Source: Kondoa subrosea (lineage: Eukaryota). From it: DNA of 64,000 nucleotides. The stretch's first letter is position 1, and the number at the start of each line of letters is the position of its first letter. The notes under the pieces are model-generated. The model did no database searches. It was given only the letters and a program-made list of their open reading frames with translations, and was not told the origin of the DNA. Below are positions 25,175 to 38,587 of this stretch, one piece after another. The DNA lies in contig BCIN01000002.1 in assembly GCA_039545335.1 (NCBI GenBank), positions 2,944,678 through 3,008,677 of the forward strand. Direction: 5' to 3'. The position numbers and the translations under genes are program-made.

Positions 25175-26154
25175 ATGTATGAGCTGATGGCTAAAACAGA
25201 TGCTGTATTTTATCCGAACAGCAAAGCAAGTCTCACATACGGCAGCGTCACGCTATCCCCAGCTGCTTTCAGATCGCTCAATCTGGAGGAATACTTGGAG
25301 CGCGGCCTGCTTCCAACTATCATCGGTCGTATAGAGCAAATTACAACTCAGAACGAATGCAAATCTGTCAGGTCTTTCATTTTCAGTACTTCTCGACCTT
25401 TCTCCTTCAAGGCTGGCCAGTATCTTGACATCTTATGTACTTCCGCGCTTAATGATGGAAACATTGCCCTTCTCGCCGGACCTCAAGCACTTGTTTCTGC
25501 ACCTCAAGATCGCAATACTTTCGAAGTAGCAGTGCCCAAGATCTTGTCTCATCCTCCGTCACGCTGGTTTCACGAAGAGGCGGAAGTCGGAAGCATTATC
25601 ATTGTTCGACCTGGCGGTACCTTCTGTTCAGCTACAGCAACTGAATCAATACCTCGAGTGTACGAAACTTTCTTCTATCCTCCTCGGAGGCATATCAATC
25701 ATGATCATCTCATCATGATAGCGTGAGTTATTCGCTCCACTGCTAAGACGTATAAATGATATTTGATTCCAGAGGCGGATCTGGCGTTTGCGCCTTTACT
25801 TCGATTCTGGATTACCTGCATCGCAATTACTCTGCTGCTCATCTTTCCTCTATCAAATTGATCTACACATCTCGTACCGATGAAGTCCTCTTTCTTGACC
25901 GGTTCCAAGCTTTCGCAAATGAATTACCTCATCTTGATATCCAGCTATTCTTGACTGGCAGAGCATTGCAAGAAACACCTTTTCCTTCTCAAAGACGAAG
26001 AGCAAATCTGCAAGATGTACGGCAAGCGATAGCGCGGCCTCATAGTTCGCTCGTCTATATTTCCGGTATGAGAGCGTCGGATGGGATTGAAGAATTCTGC
26101 TTGACTGTGCTGAAGATGGATAAGGAGCGAGTGGTTGTTGATGCTAGGCGATGA
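25175..26154 (+). CDS. FNR-family FAD/NAD(P)-binding oxidoreductase (OXNAD1-like), diverged copy
   Basis: FSFKAGQYLD, HPPSRWFH..VGS..VRPGG and IMIA|GGSG. Intron 25723-25772 is at the same position as in the neighbouring paralog. Confidence 0.75.
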
Positions 26155-26275
26155 GGTATTATGTGAAATCTGTACAGCTGTAATACCTGGGCTAGTAGAA
26201 ATGCAATACGCAATATACTGTCTTCTCGGATCCGCGACTTGATGCAATCGAAAGCAGCAGCTACATCTGTGTACC

Positions 26276-27182
26276 ATGCTACTTCTCATACCCAGGTGCA
26301 TCTCTATGCGACCATGCTGTAAAGGCTATCGAGCCATGTCAAGTTCTATCAAGCAGCGAGCGAATCACCTCGATCTTACTGCGAACCAACCCAGAGCTTC
26401 TGAAGGACCTATTCCTGCTCGAATTGAGCACATCCAAGTAGAGAATGCTTCAGCCTCGGTCAAAAGCTTCAAATGCACAGCTGCTCGACCTCTAGTCTTC
26501 AAAGCTGGTCAATGGTTGGATGTCTTCTGTCCAAATACTTCAGTCGTTGGTGGTTTTTCGTTGATCTCTTCACCGCAAGATCAGAAGAACTTCGAGCTGG
26601 CTATTCGTAAAGCTAATCATCCGCCCGCAAAATGGTTTCATGAACAAGCGAAAGTCGGTAGTTGCGTCATGGTCAGACCAGGTGGAAGCTTCACATATCC
26701 TCCTCAGAAAGATATACAGCATGACCAGATTGTGATGATAGCGTGAGTCTATCATATAGTCGGGTCTCTTGAACTTGCTGATATCTCGACTCAGAGGAGG
26801 AGTCGGCGTGAATGTCTTCGCTTCTATACTCGACTATCTACATCGCTTACCAGAACCCTCGAGATCGATTCCAATTAAACTACTGTACGGCTCAAGAACA
26901 GAAGAACTTCTCTTTCTCAATCGCTTTAAATCCTTCGCTAGCAAGCTACCCAATCTTCAAATCCAGCTCTATCTCACCGGAACAGAATCTAAAGCTTCTT
27001 TGCCTTTCCCTCATCTTCAACGTAGAATGAATTATCAAGATATTAGAAAAGTGATTACCAAACCTAATTCCTCTTTGGTCTATATTTGTGGCATGCCTTC
27101 AATGACCGATGAGATTGAAGGTTATTGCTTAAGAGAGATGAGGTTGCAGAAAGATAGAGTCATTACTGAGAAGTGGTGGTGA
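26276..27182 (+). CDS. Oxidoreductase NAD-binding domain-containing protein 1 (OXNAD1-like)
   Basis: HLDLTANQPR, FKAGQWLDVF..VGGFSLISSP, IA|GGVGVN, LLYGSR, VYICG and C-terminal EKWW. Intron 26743-26794. Confidence 0.85.
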
Positions 27183-27585
27183 ATTGATCTAATCTATGTG
27201 GTCTGGCTTGGGCGAATGACATGTCATGCCTCTTGAATGCACTTATCGGTGAGTACTACATCCTTCATACTTTTCTTTCGAGAACCCTCTGTCCAAGTTT
27301 GTCTTCCGCTAATACTTGCATAATCTACACAATGCTGCTTTGCATGCTCGTGAGAGTATTGGAACCAGCTCCTAGCGTTCTTCGCATCTCATACTCTTTC
27401 CGGGTCGCTCATGCTGATGTACCATTCTCTTGTTATCAGTAGACAAAATAGAAGATGGACCGCTTCTTCCAAAATTATTGTCAACCTCAAACTCATCTAA
27501 AGAAAGAATGTCGCGTTGGGAAGGTTATTGTATGTCTAATTTTGCTACGGTATAACATTGTTTACAGATATATACAGCTCTCAGC

Positions 27586-28133
27586 CTAGGATATCCAAAA
27601 TGTCTTCTTCGCTTCACCTGTCGGCTGCGATTCTGCTGTTTTGGCCGGTATGGATGATTGAACAGGAGCAGGTGGAGAAGATGTAAGCGTAGTCGCAGGC
27701 GAGATAGGGTCGGAGGTAGAAGCAGGTTCGGCTTCAAATTAGTCCCGCATGAGCCAGATCTTCCTGGAATCACACTGTACATACCTGTTTGAGCTGTTGC
27801 TTGTTGCAACCTCTTTCGCTTCGCCCAACCAGGAAAGATAGCTGCCCAATCGACTTGCCCGACTTCCTTTGGCACAGTTCTAGTTCCGTCCCTTTCTCTC
27901 AATCCAACGAGCTGCAACTCCCTATTCAAATCCAACGTCTCATCTTTCGCTTGTATCCTGCTTATGACATTTTGCAAAGTCGTTATCTGAATCCTGTACC
28001 GCTCTTCTATCGCTTCTCGCTCTTTTCTTGTTGAAGCCATATTGATGGCTAGTGTTGAGATTGCGTAAAAGAGAAACGAGGGCCATAGGAGAGTCCTGAA
28101 GCGAAACTTTGGTCTAGCTGGTACTGTGCTCAT
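27586..28133 (-). CDS. Small single-pass membrane protein with coiled coil (DUF5321-like)
   Basis: Basic N-terminus, hydrophobic LLWPSFLFYAISTLAINM, then coiled coil RKEREAIEERYRIQITTLQNVISRIQ. One intron near 27784. Confidence 0.55.
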
Positions 28134-28677
28134 CGTGTTGGTATTCGCTGAAGGAGAACAAAAGGCCGATCATTCAGACAAAGCTTTCTGTATACGCTTC
28201 ACGGTGATCTATACATGCAGGAAAAGGTAATGCATGATATACGAATGAAGCTCTGCTAAGGTTTGAATTCCCCGTTCATCAATCGCGTCACAACTGCACA
28301 AAGTACTCTTGGAACGAGCTGTTGGAAAAAAGGAACACTTGAGCAATTCTACTCAAGCGGGCAGTAGAAACCTTCAGTAAGAGACGCAAAGCAAGATAGC
28401 GGAGAAGAGGGAGTAAGAAGAATCATGAGCACTTTTGCCGGCTACTGCAAGTTGGCTGGTCTAGGCGCAGTTCTGAAGACTTCAATGATAAGAGCGATCT
28501 TGCTTCTAGAAAGAATGCAGAGCCCCGAAACACTTCCCCCTCAGGGACCGTTTGGGAAGCGACTTGCATCTTCCAAAGACCATTTAATCGAAGAGATTTC
28601 CAAATATGTTCACAGGGAAGCCAGAAAGCGCAACGAAATAAGATGAGTGATATTATGACATTGCGCTTACATCATAG

Positions 28678-31600
28678 TCATTCCGGTCGCTTCTCCTCGG
28701 TTGCTTTTACTTTAGGTGTTCTGAAGCATAAGAATTGAAGCGCTGTAGCTCTTCTGCTAGCAATGAGTCTAGATATAATGTTCAGTACGACAAAAGTGAC
28801 ACGTCCTAAAAACACACGTCTTTTTCAATTGATCCAGCTCCCGCTTCAGCTCTCCTGAGCCATCTTCCCCTTTGACTGGCTGCCGCTGATACGATTGAGA
28901 AATGGTCTTGTAGATGTCTTGCAGTTTGACGTCTGCTTCAGGGCTAACGTGATGTGCTAAAGTTTGATGCAGGAATTCGATTTCGAGTGTAGCCTGTTCA
29001 AATTCAGCTTGAACCAGGACAGAAACGGTAACTCTCACCTGCAGCATGCCCCCAAGCCCGAAACGCTGTACTTGCTGGAAGCAACTCAAAGCTTCTGTTG
29101 CTACTTCTTCAATTAAAGCTGAAAGAGTTCGATCGACCAATGGTCTTGCAACAGCGCTGATCTGGGCATGTATCAAGACCAGCTGTAGTAGACATTCATA
29201 GACGTATGCATGGACCTCTGTGAATGTCTATTTAGAATAGTACACAACAATTGGTCGTTCTCACCTGTTGGTTTTCGAGCAGTATACCAATCAATTCTAT
29301 CATTCAACACGCCTTTTCGGATGATTTGAGCTAGATCATTCGTTTTTCGCTTCAAATAATCGTCGAAGAGGATCTTGTCCAACTGCAGAATAACATCTTT
29401 GAGTGTTTTGATATCTGTGGACATGTCAATCCGGAGAGCGGTTTGAAACTGTTCGACCAGACGGGCGACGGCCGTTGTCTGCAGGTATGATAAATTGCTG
29501 ACAGTAAGCATGATACGAGTGTCCTATACGTTGATCAGCTTGCATGCAATTGGCAAAGGAGATGAACTGACGACATTGTCTATATCATACGCTGAGCTCT
29601 TTCTGTCGCTGACGGTGGAGGAGGTGATGGCATCCGCATCGCTGAGAGTCATTGGCGCTGAGAAGGCGACATGAACTAGACCGTCCAAGAAAGCATAAAG
29701 CGCATCGAGAAAAGAGGACCGGATGCGATCTGTAAATTGAGGTTGAAGTGCCTGCAAACAATATCTCAGGCATCGCGGCTGTACAATTGAAAAGACTCAC
29801 GTCTGTCTGGCTCAATTTGCTCTGGGAAACTGTACTTGTAGGTGGAGCAAAAGCAGCCACAGCGCGTTCTTCGCTTCCACCGGCAAGACGATATGCGACT
29901 TTGGCTATAGCGCGTTGAAAGGTGCCTGACTTGCGTACGTATAAAGTCGCTGAGGGTTCATCAGGATCAGTTTGCCAATTCTCCAGGCGATAGAAGATCT
30001 TTGCATCTGCTTGGACGCATCAATACAATTCTTCTGCGAAGCCGAACGACGCACCTCGAACCCAGAGAGCACAAAGAGCCTCTTCATATTTCCATCGCGC
30101 GCAAGTAAGCAATTCCCTCAGGTTCGATCCAGCTTCTTCAGGTAAATTTAGACCAGCTAATTCATTCATACAATCATTTATCTGATCTAGGAGTCGCATG
30201 AGGAACATCGATGCAGTAAGGGAATTCGATTTAGAAGGAACAAAATGAGGTAGTTGAGCTTCTCCGTCCTGATTGTCAGCAACCGGACTACTGGCTTGCG
30301 GTGTTGTCAGCTTAAAGAAGTCGGATATGAGTGTTACGTAAAGAGTGATGATTTCAGTTGTCATGCTTTTGCAGTGAGCAGGATTTCGACGACTGGATGA
30401 CTTGTTTCCAGACTGTAGCATATTCAGTTTGATCAAGTTCTTTTTGTCAGACGCGCACCTTCTTGCTCCTATATTTGCCAGCCATATACGATTTGCCTAC
30501 TTCGCAAAATTTGGGCAAGGTCTGGAGTAGAGTTTCGCAAAGTGCTTTCACCAGATCTTGCATTGCTTTCCAGCTAGTAGCACCGTTCGCCCGCTCTGCA
30601 TGCATGTTTGAGTGACGGATTGTCTAGCAAAGACAAGACTTACCGAGATAGATTTCCGCATCAGAAGTCTCAATAACTGAAAGACAGGCTTTGATATCAA
30701 TAGCTAGAGCAGTTTCATCTTGAGGCGCCGAGTCCGCTTGACATACGGCTATTTCAAATCAATCACTTGTGTACCTTGCTATCACGAACGGAAACCTCAC
30801 CATGATGATGCGCCACAGCCGAGGAGTAAACTGTATTCAAGCGATCCATAATTCGACCATGTTCTGTATCGAGGAAGATCCAGACCGTATCATCAGTAGG
30901 ATCTAGCTCGAGCATGATTCTGTGCCATTGATCTTAGGGAATTGACCCGCAAATGATATGCCTCTGTACTCACTCGATCGTTCTTTCCACCTCATCAACC
31001 GTTTTCCTCGGATCTCGTAATTGTTTGCCCAAAGTGACTTGCAAGTCCGCAATGATTCGTTCAACTTGGTTCCAAACCTTGATATCGAGACTAGTGAGCT
31101 TGGGAGCAATAAGTTGATGTAGAACTCACCTTGTTGTAAATCCGTCGCATTTGCTGTTCTTGAGCTGGACTGATCTCTCCACCAGGCGTTCGAGCTAGTA
31201 ATTGTGAAGGAGGTGCATCCATAATGTATTTGCCTTTCTTGTAAGCCAGTAAAGCGGTGTCATATTTGCCCTACCTACAATTAGTATTCAGTGATGATGA
31301 AACAGGAACAACTTACTGCTTCTATCGCTTCAAGCAGGACACCTGGAAGGTTGAAGAAGGATTTGCTTCGCTCAAAGATGCTTAAACTGGATTGTAATCG
31401 ATCAGCTTTTTGTCTTGCATCCAATATTGGTGTGTAGACTCGATCGGCCTTTGTCCTAGCAGCTGAAGTTCATGTTCTAAGTATGAATAGGGCGAAAATG
31501 AAGTCACTTACATTCGAGAGTCTCCTTCAAGTCTTTGACGCCATAATCAGATCCATCAGCTAGAGGGCCTTCTTTCATTTCCTCAAAGACCGCTAATGCA

Positions 31601-32241
31601 TAGTCAGCGTGAAGGATGTATGGCTCACAGAGACTTACATGTAGTAGAAGCTTTGATAGCTACGAATCTATCGAATTCCTGCTCGACAAGCACTTTCAAA
31701 GCTTCCGAACGCTGCTCAAGCGATTCTGTGACAATGTGTGAGCGGCATTCAAGAGCTCGAGATATGACATACCTTTCAGTCTCTCTCGACCTACGCTAAG
31801 GTCTTTGAAGGTAGCGTGAGGATGAACAGTCGCTAGGTAAGTTTTCGGATCAAACGTCTTTGAATGTAAGAGAATGGCGGGTTTGAGATCTTGGGGAAGG
31901 TTAGGTAGGTTCCTTCATGCACTAATTAGTATGGAAAGGGCAGAAGGCATGGAATAAGCTTTACGAGAGGGTTCCACCTTTCCGCAGACTGAGCGCATCT
32001 GGCTCATCTCCCTTGCCAGCAACAGAGACGCTACTGCGAGATCGTCCATCTTCTCTGTCGCCCACAACTTCCCAGTGCGTAGGTGACAAGGTAGAGATGG
32101 AATAGGCTTTCAGGACTGTGAGATCAATGAAATCAACAATGCTTGACCACGCGGAGTGGGACATCCAAGGCAAAGCTGACTTTCATCTGGATCTACCTGA
32201 AAAGCAGACGCAGCACCATTGCGTCTTGCTTTGCTGCTCAT
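28678..32241 (-). CDS. SEC5: Exocyst complex component Sec5, multi-exon
   Basis: SKTFDPKTYLATVHPHATFKDL, LKVLVEQEFDRFVAIK, IFERSKSFFNLPG, MLTVSNL, IHAQISAVARPLVDRTLSAL and FGLGGMLQATLEIEFLHQTL motifs. Confidence 0.9.
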
Positions 32242-32568
32242 CGCATGATCGTTCGACAGGAAACGAACATTGATCTTCTCGAAACGATTGACTTCCTCTT
32301 TATATCTGCCTTTCCTATACCTGTCATAGCTAGATTGAATGCTCAATATCAGTACACGAAGGCCGTGGACTAATCCAGCCAAGAGCGGCGGCTATGTATT
32401 TCGAGGCAATGCCTTGCTGGGCCAGCTTGATTTCGCTCCTCCTTCTCTCTTCTCTTCTCGTTATCATTTTCATCTTCTTTCTTTGTCTCTTCTGCTTCTA
32501 TCAGAGCTGGTCTCTTCTAATAAACTTTCATTATGCATTCCAAAGGATCTCAATCTTCAGTTCGGCCT

Positions 32569-33468
32569 ATGCCAATCCCCTCTCTGTCTTTGCCTGACTC
32601 GCCTACTGGTAAGGCCATGTCGCCAACAACTGAATCACCACATTCCTTCATCTCTCTAAAGTTCTCATCTTTGCGTCGATCATCTACTTCGAAATCCGAC
32701 AAGAAACGTTCCGATTGGGCAACTCAAGGTTACGCAACTTTACCTTTCAACCCTCATTTCGTTTTGCTTGATTTGCAAGGTCCTCAAGTTACTGCTGAAA
32801 ACATTGTTCCTTCTTACAAGAGTCAAGAGGCTATGCCTGGTAGATTCATTCCTCAAGAATCAGCTTTCACTTTGGAGTTTTCCGGCTTAGCACAGCCACA
32901 AGCGGTTTTTGAATTGAAAGAATTGGCTCCTGCTTTACTTCAAGCTGGGAAATACAAGCTTGAATTACTTTGGATGAGGTGAGCTGTTTATCCCCTTCTG
33001 AAACCGAGAGATTTGAAAAAGTAGGCAGTGATCATTCCGGTGTTTACATGAATATCGCTGCTCAGAAGATGATTGAAGTCAAGATGCACAGCAAGACTAT
33101 TGCTAGATCGTGAGCTGTTTTGCCCATTCATCGAATCAACTTTCAACACGGTCTATAGAACTGAAGATAATCATCTGACATTCAGTAAGAAGCATGGTCA
33201 TGCTCATGCTTTCATCACAAAGGAAGGCTGGTTCCATCGAGCAATGAATGCAAAGGATCGCCCAGCTCAGTGAGTATCTTTTCAGCATTGCACTATCTCG
33301 CCTGATTGCATCGATAGATTGAAGTGGAGATTGACTTATCATCCTCATCCAGTGATTGACAAGTCTTACCCAACGGACAGCGCAATTGGTCTGCCTCGTC
33401 ATGCTTCATCTCGTTCCAGTTCAACCGGTAGTTCTTCTTCCCTGGTCTTGCCTTCCTTGCCTTTGTAG
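32569..33468 (+). CDS. Hypothetical protein, four predicted exons
   Basis: GTGAG..AG introns join the frames into a continuous ORF ending LPSLPL* at 33468. Confidence 0.5.
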
Positions 33469-33757
33469 TGAGCATTGCCGTTCATTACCAGTCTTATTAC
33501 TCATGCTCATAACCTCTCAGCGGTACTCCGCCTCACTATGAAGTAGCTGATGGCAAGAGTTACTTTGACATGCGAACTGATTTTGACGAGAAGAAAGCTG
33601 ATTCAATGCCGAGAATCGCTTCCATTTATTTAAGTGACTGAGAAGAGACGGATCGCTGGTCGATACTTCTTTGAATCGCTTTATGCAATGCAGTTTATTT
33701 TCATTCACGTTCTTTGTGTCATCGAGCAACGGACGTATATCCTGTCCCCTTTGGCTG

Positions 33758-36655
33758 ATGATCATACGGTCATGGATAATACCTCGCTGTGGTGGATCAT
33801 ACCTGCGTCCTGTATCAAGGCATAATCTGCTTACCCCATCGGTCCAAACATTCAGAAACCATTTCATCGATGCTAGAACATTGTCGTCTACAACGCGTTA
33901 CCCGATAGGTCGACGCTCAATAGCTCGCTTTCAGTCTACTACTACCTCTACAACTTCTACGGCAAAGCCAGATGAGCAATCTAAAGCCAGCACCACTTTG
34001 TCTGAAATCAAGCGCCTGTTTCAACTAGCCAAACCAGAGAAGAAACGACTGTCTTATGGTGTTGCTCTACTCTTTGTCTCAGCAGGAGTGACTCTATCCG
34101 TTCCTTTAACTTTAGGTCGAGTATTAGACCTGTTCACCAATCCTGCTTCAACATTACCAGTCTCTTTACCAACAGCTGCCGGTCTGCTTCTACTGGTTTT
34201 CGCATGCGGTGCAGTAGCAAACACTGGTCGAGTGATTCTTATGCGAATATCTGGTCAACGGATAGTTCAGGATGTAAGGAAAGCTGCATTCGCAAACGTC
34301 TTACGACAAGATGCCGAATGGTTTGATCTACAAGGACATAAACCTTCTTCTTCATCATCTTCTTCTCCTACAACTGCTTTAGCTGCACAAGAAACAGAAG
34401 GATTAAGCGAAACAGAAATGGAAGAAAGAAGGAAAGAGATTGAAATGCAAAGTCAGAAACAAGTTGAAGAAGTTCAACGAAGTAGACAAAGTTTCAATTC
34501 TTCTGTTGCGAATACCGATGAGAGTAGAGGTGTCAAGAGTTCTGGTGATATCATTTCAAGATTGGGTAGCGATGCCAATATTATCGGAGAGAGCATTACT
34601 AGGGAATTGAGTGAAGGCTTATTGGCTATTTTTACTACAATTGTTGGAGTGGGTCTTATGCTTTGGAGTAAGCATCCTATTCAGTCCAAACAGAATTGCC
34701 ATTGATTCATTATATTAGTATCGGTCAAGCTTACAGCTGTAGTCATTATCGTTGTACCGCCAGCAGCGCTCGGCGCGGTCATGTATGGTCGCTACGTCCG
34801 AAAACTATCACAAAAGACTCAAAGAGCAGTCGCTTCCTCTATCTCACTCGCTGAAGAAAAACTCAATGCTATCAAGACCATCCATGCTTTCAATGGAATA
34901 CCTTTGGAAACGAACAATTACAAAGATCGGATAGAGAAAGTATTTGATCTGTACAAGAAGGAAGCTTTCGCTACTGGGTTCTTCTTCGGGACTCTAGGAT
35001 TGACGGGAAATATTACCTTGATTGCTTTGTTGAGCTATGGTGCGTTAACTCAGATCGTGAGGCTTGATTTAGATTTGATGGTTGTGGGAAAGGCGGAAGT
35101 CTAGTGTCTAAAGGTGTTTTGACTGTCGGACAGCTCAGCAGTCTCCTACTATATACCGTCTAGTGAGAGACTTGGCACTCGTCACATTTGTATGCTTACG
35201 AATGCTGTGGTCTTACAGCGTCGGGCGAAGTTTGGTCTGTAAGCTCAAGCTATCCTCACTCTGCAATACGCAGCTGACTCGTCAAGCCAGCTCTAAGCTC
35301 ATTCTACTCCTCCGTGATGAGAGGTCTCGGAGCTTCTGGTCGTCTCTTTGAGCTGCTTGATGCTCAACCCGTATGCAAGAACTCGGTGGATCTGTCATAT
35401 GCTAGCTGACTGCGTCTTTTCGTGTCTATAGAGATCGGTTACTATTGGTCAAGGTCGTCGTCTACTTGTCGATGAACCCGTGAAGCCAATAGTATTTGGT
35501 CAGACTTATTTTCCATTACACGGATCGAGCTGATCTTTTACTTAGACCGAGTCTCTTTTGCATACCCTACAAGACCAGATTCGCTAGTCTTGCAAGACTT
35601 CTCTCTCACCATCCAACCAGGGACCTCGATAGCTATTTCAGGCGAATCCGGTTCAGGCAAATCCACCATCACAGCCTTATTACTTCGTTACTACGATCCA
35701 GCTCCGTCAAACGGCCGAGTTCTGTACGGCGAGGAATCATTAAAAGACCTTACTCCGGAATCGTGGAGAGAACGAGTCGCCGTAGTAGATCAAGAACCGA
35801 TTCTGTTCCAAATGAGCGTGCGTGACTCAACCGTCTATGCATTGTGATATACTTAAACAGTTTGAGCATGTACAGATCAGCGAGAATATCAGCTATGCAT
35901 ACCCTCAAGCTACTTACGCCGAAATCAGAGCAGCGGCAAAAGCTGCTAATTGTTTAGAATTCATTCAAAGAATGCCGCAAGGTTTCCAGACGCAAGTCGG
36001 TGCAAGGGGAAAAACTTTGTCTGGTGGTCAAGTACGTTGATATCTGTCGATTACGGCGATTTAGATTGACAGAGTAAGTATAGAGGCAAAGGATAGCTAT
36101 AGCTCGAGCTTTGTTGAAGAAGCCCAAGATACTAATATTAGACGAGTAAGTGATTCAATCAGTACTAAGGATCAGTCGCTAATGAGTACCGCAGAGCTAC
36201 GTCAGCATTAGACTCCGCTGCTGAAGCACTTGGTCAGTAGGGTGACTAGATCGCGACGATTACTGACATGTTCTACAGTCAATGAAGCAATAGTCAATGT
36301 AACTCAGCAACACGGATTGACAACGATATTGGTTGCTCATAGGTTGAGCACATTGAAAACAGCAGATAAGATTGTTCTGTGCGTCCAGAACTTACGACAT
36401 AGGACCGAATCTGACTCTTTGTATAGGCTGGAGAATGGTAGACTGTCAGAAGAGGGTACTTTCGAGGAACTGTCACAAGAAGGAACAAGATTCAGCGGGT
36501 GAGCCATACATCTCTATCTGCTTCCTCGTACTCAATATGGTGACAGCATGGTTCGTACTCAATTACTCAGGAGTAAACCTATTGCGACGAAGGAGCCTCA
36601 ATCGGAAGAGACTGCAGAAGAAGGATCAGAAGAATTGGCGCCAGAGTTGAAGTGA
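33758..36655 (+). CDS. MDL1: Mitochondrial ABC half-transporter (ABCB10/MDL1-type)
   Basis: Arg-rich presequence-like N-terminus, then EIKRLFQLAKPE, transmembrane helices and GDIISRL. Walker A GESGSGKS, Q-loop QEPILF, signature LSGGQ, Walker B LILDE and VAHRLST. Confidence 0.9.
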
Positions 36656-36926
36656 TGACTCGCTAAGGCGGATGACATGCATAAATTGGCCCTCTATTCA
36701 AAGTAAGCTGTTACATAGAAGCCAAGCGCTGTAGATAGACACAACTAGAAAGCCGAATTTTGACGAAATTCGTCATGATGTTTTTTTTTCTTTCAAGTTG
36801 GATCATGCGACTCTTCTTCTGAAACATTCATCAATAATATACCTGCTCTAGAGAAGTACTGATATACCACTGGGCCTGACTGAATACCACCACGCCCGTG
36901 TCCGCTCATTTCCGTTCAACTCGCAA

Positions 36927-38430
36927 ATGGCTACTTTCTCTTACCTCCCGCCTGAATTGACTACTGCTATAGTCAGCAATCTGTTGGGTCGCAGGAAGCC
37001 AAATGATGGTAAGTCAGGAGCCGCTGCAGCAGCTTTTCCCCCTAAATGCACCTATGATAGGCTTCGAATATATCCCAGCTTTGGGTGATCTGGCTGCCTG
37101 CTCTCTTCTGTCGAAGAAGTCTCATGCAATCGCAAATAACCTTCTCTACCAAATACTGCATGTGGAATTCATGTATACTTCTGGTTTCAAGGCATATGAT
37201 TCGGAAGATAGGCGGTTAGTCAGAAAGGCTTCAGTCGTCAAATCAGTCAAATCAAATCCGAAGCTGGGTCTGTTGGTCAAGCACTTGCATACAAATCTCG
37301 AAGGCGCGGCGACCTTAGCTCATATCAAGACTTTCGATACCCTTCTCAGATCTCTGACCAATCTAGTCAGCCTGCGGATCGTCGACATTCGACCATTACA
37401 CCGGTCTAATCTGAACACCTTTTGGGATTCGCTGTCTAATCTGACAAGTCTGCACTTTGATTGCACTTATGGCGATGAATCTGAAGATGCTGTCAAAGCT
37501 GGCGGATACATAGTCGCTTTGGTCCTTGCGAAAGCTGGAAATTGGAAGCACCTCAAAATCGAACGAGCAGACGAGGTGTTCGATGTACGGCCTATCAAAG
37601 AAGTACCGATCGCTTTCGGGGAAAAGAACGCTTTCACTCCGGTAGGACTGAAAGAGATCTTAGACGGAGAAGATGAAGACTGCGCCGAAGAAGCAGAAGA
37701 TCCTTTCTTTAGTCTGCTGAGACTATTGCAAGCCAAGAATCCTCTTCTCCAGCTGGACAGCGTCAACTATTATGATTGGACAACGATGCAACAAGATGTC
37801 GAAGCGTTTGGCCCATACTTTATAACCTGCAAAGCATTCTATTTGGACATATCCGATGATCTGCTTTTCGCTACCGCCTTCGCAATGGAGCTCAAATATT
37901 TTCCCAACCTCACTACTGTTCATCTCTACTTCCCTTCTTTCGACGTCGATTGTGCAACCAAGCATCTACCTCGAATCTTGCAAGATCTGGTCAATTCAGG
38001 TATTGCTTACCAACTAGAAACCCTTGTTCTCGAACTTGGCGATGATCAAGAAGTAGAAACTGCAATAGACTTGAAGACTTTGCTCAAACCATCAAATTTC
38101 CCTCTTCTCACGCATCTTTCTTTCCGAAGCAAGATCAGCTATTGCTTAGATCCAAGTAGAAACCATCATGGCGATCGACCACCCAGAAATACGCTGTATC
38201 TGAAATCAGCCGCTCAGAATTTAGCTCATTTTACCGAAAACACCAATAGAACGGCTTCAGTCAAGATGACGATGTGTTGCGATTGGGAAATCCGATTGAG
38301 GTTCTGGGATGGAAAGCTGAGAGAAGTGCTCGTTGATGAAATGTCGATCGCGGAGAAAGCAATGATGAGTAAATGGAATTGGAGGGAAGCTTTGGGGATC
38401 AGTCAAGACGATGAGTTGAATATGGATTGA
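36927..38430 (+). CDS. F-box domain protein (lineage-specific family), one 5' intron
   Basis: MATFSYLPPELTTAIV, intron 37009-37060, then LAACSLLSK..ANNLLY. LRR-like LxxLxxL body and C-terminal WNWREALGI. Confidence 0.8.
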
Positions 38431-38587
38431 TCGGTTCAGTGTACTGTATGCCATCTTCTCCTGAATGCATGTACAGTCAGCTTACCGAAAATAGGGCTCG
38501 AGCGCATTTTCTCACAAACGAAAACGCACCAGCCCTCAGTCCTCTTGTTCCTGCACGTCGACCTACAAGTCAATTCTTCGATGCGCA

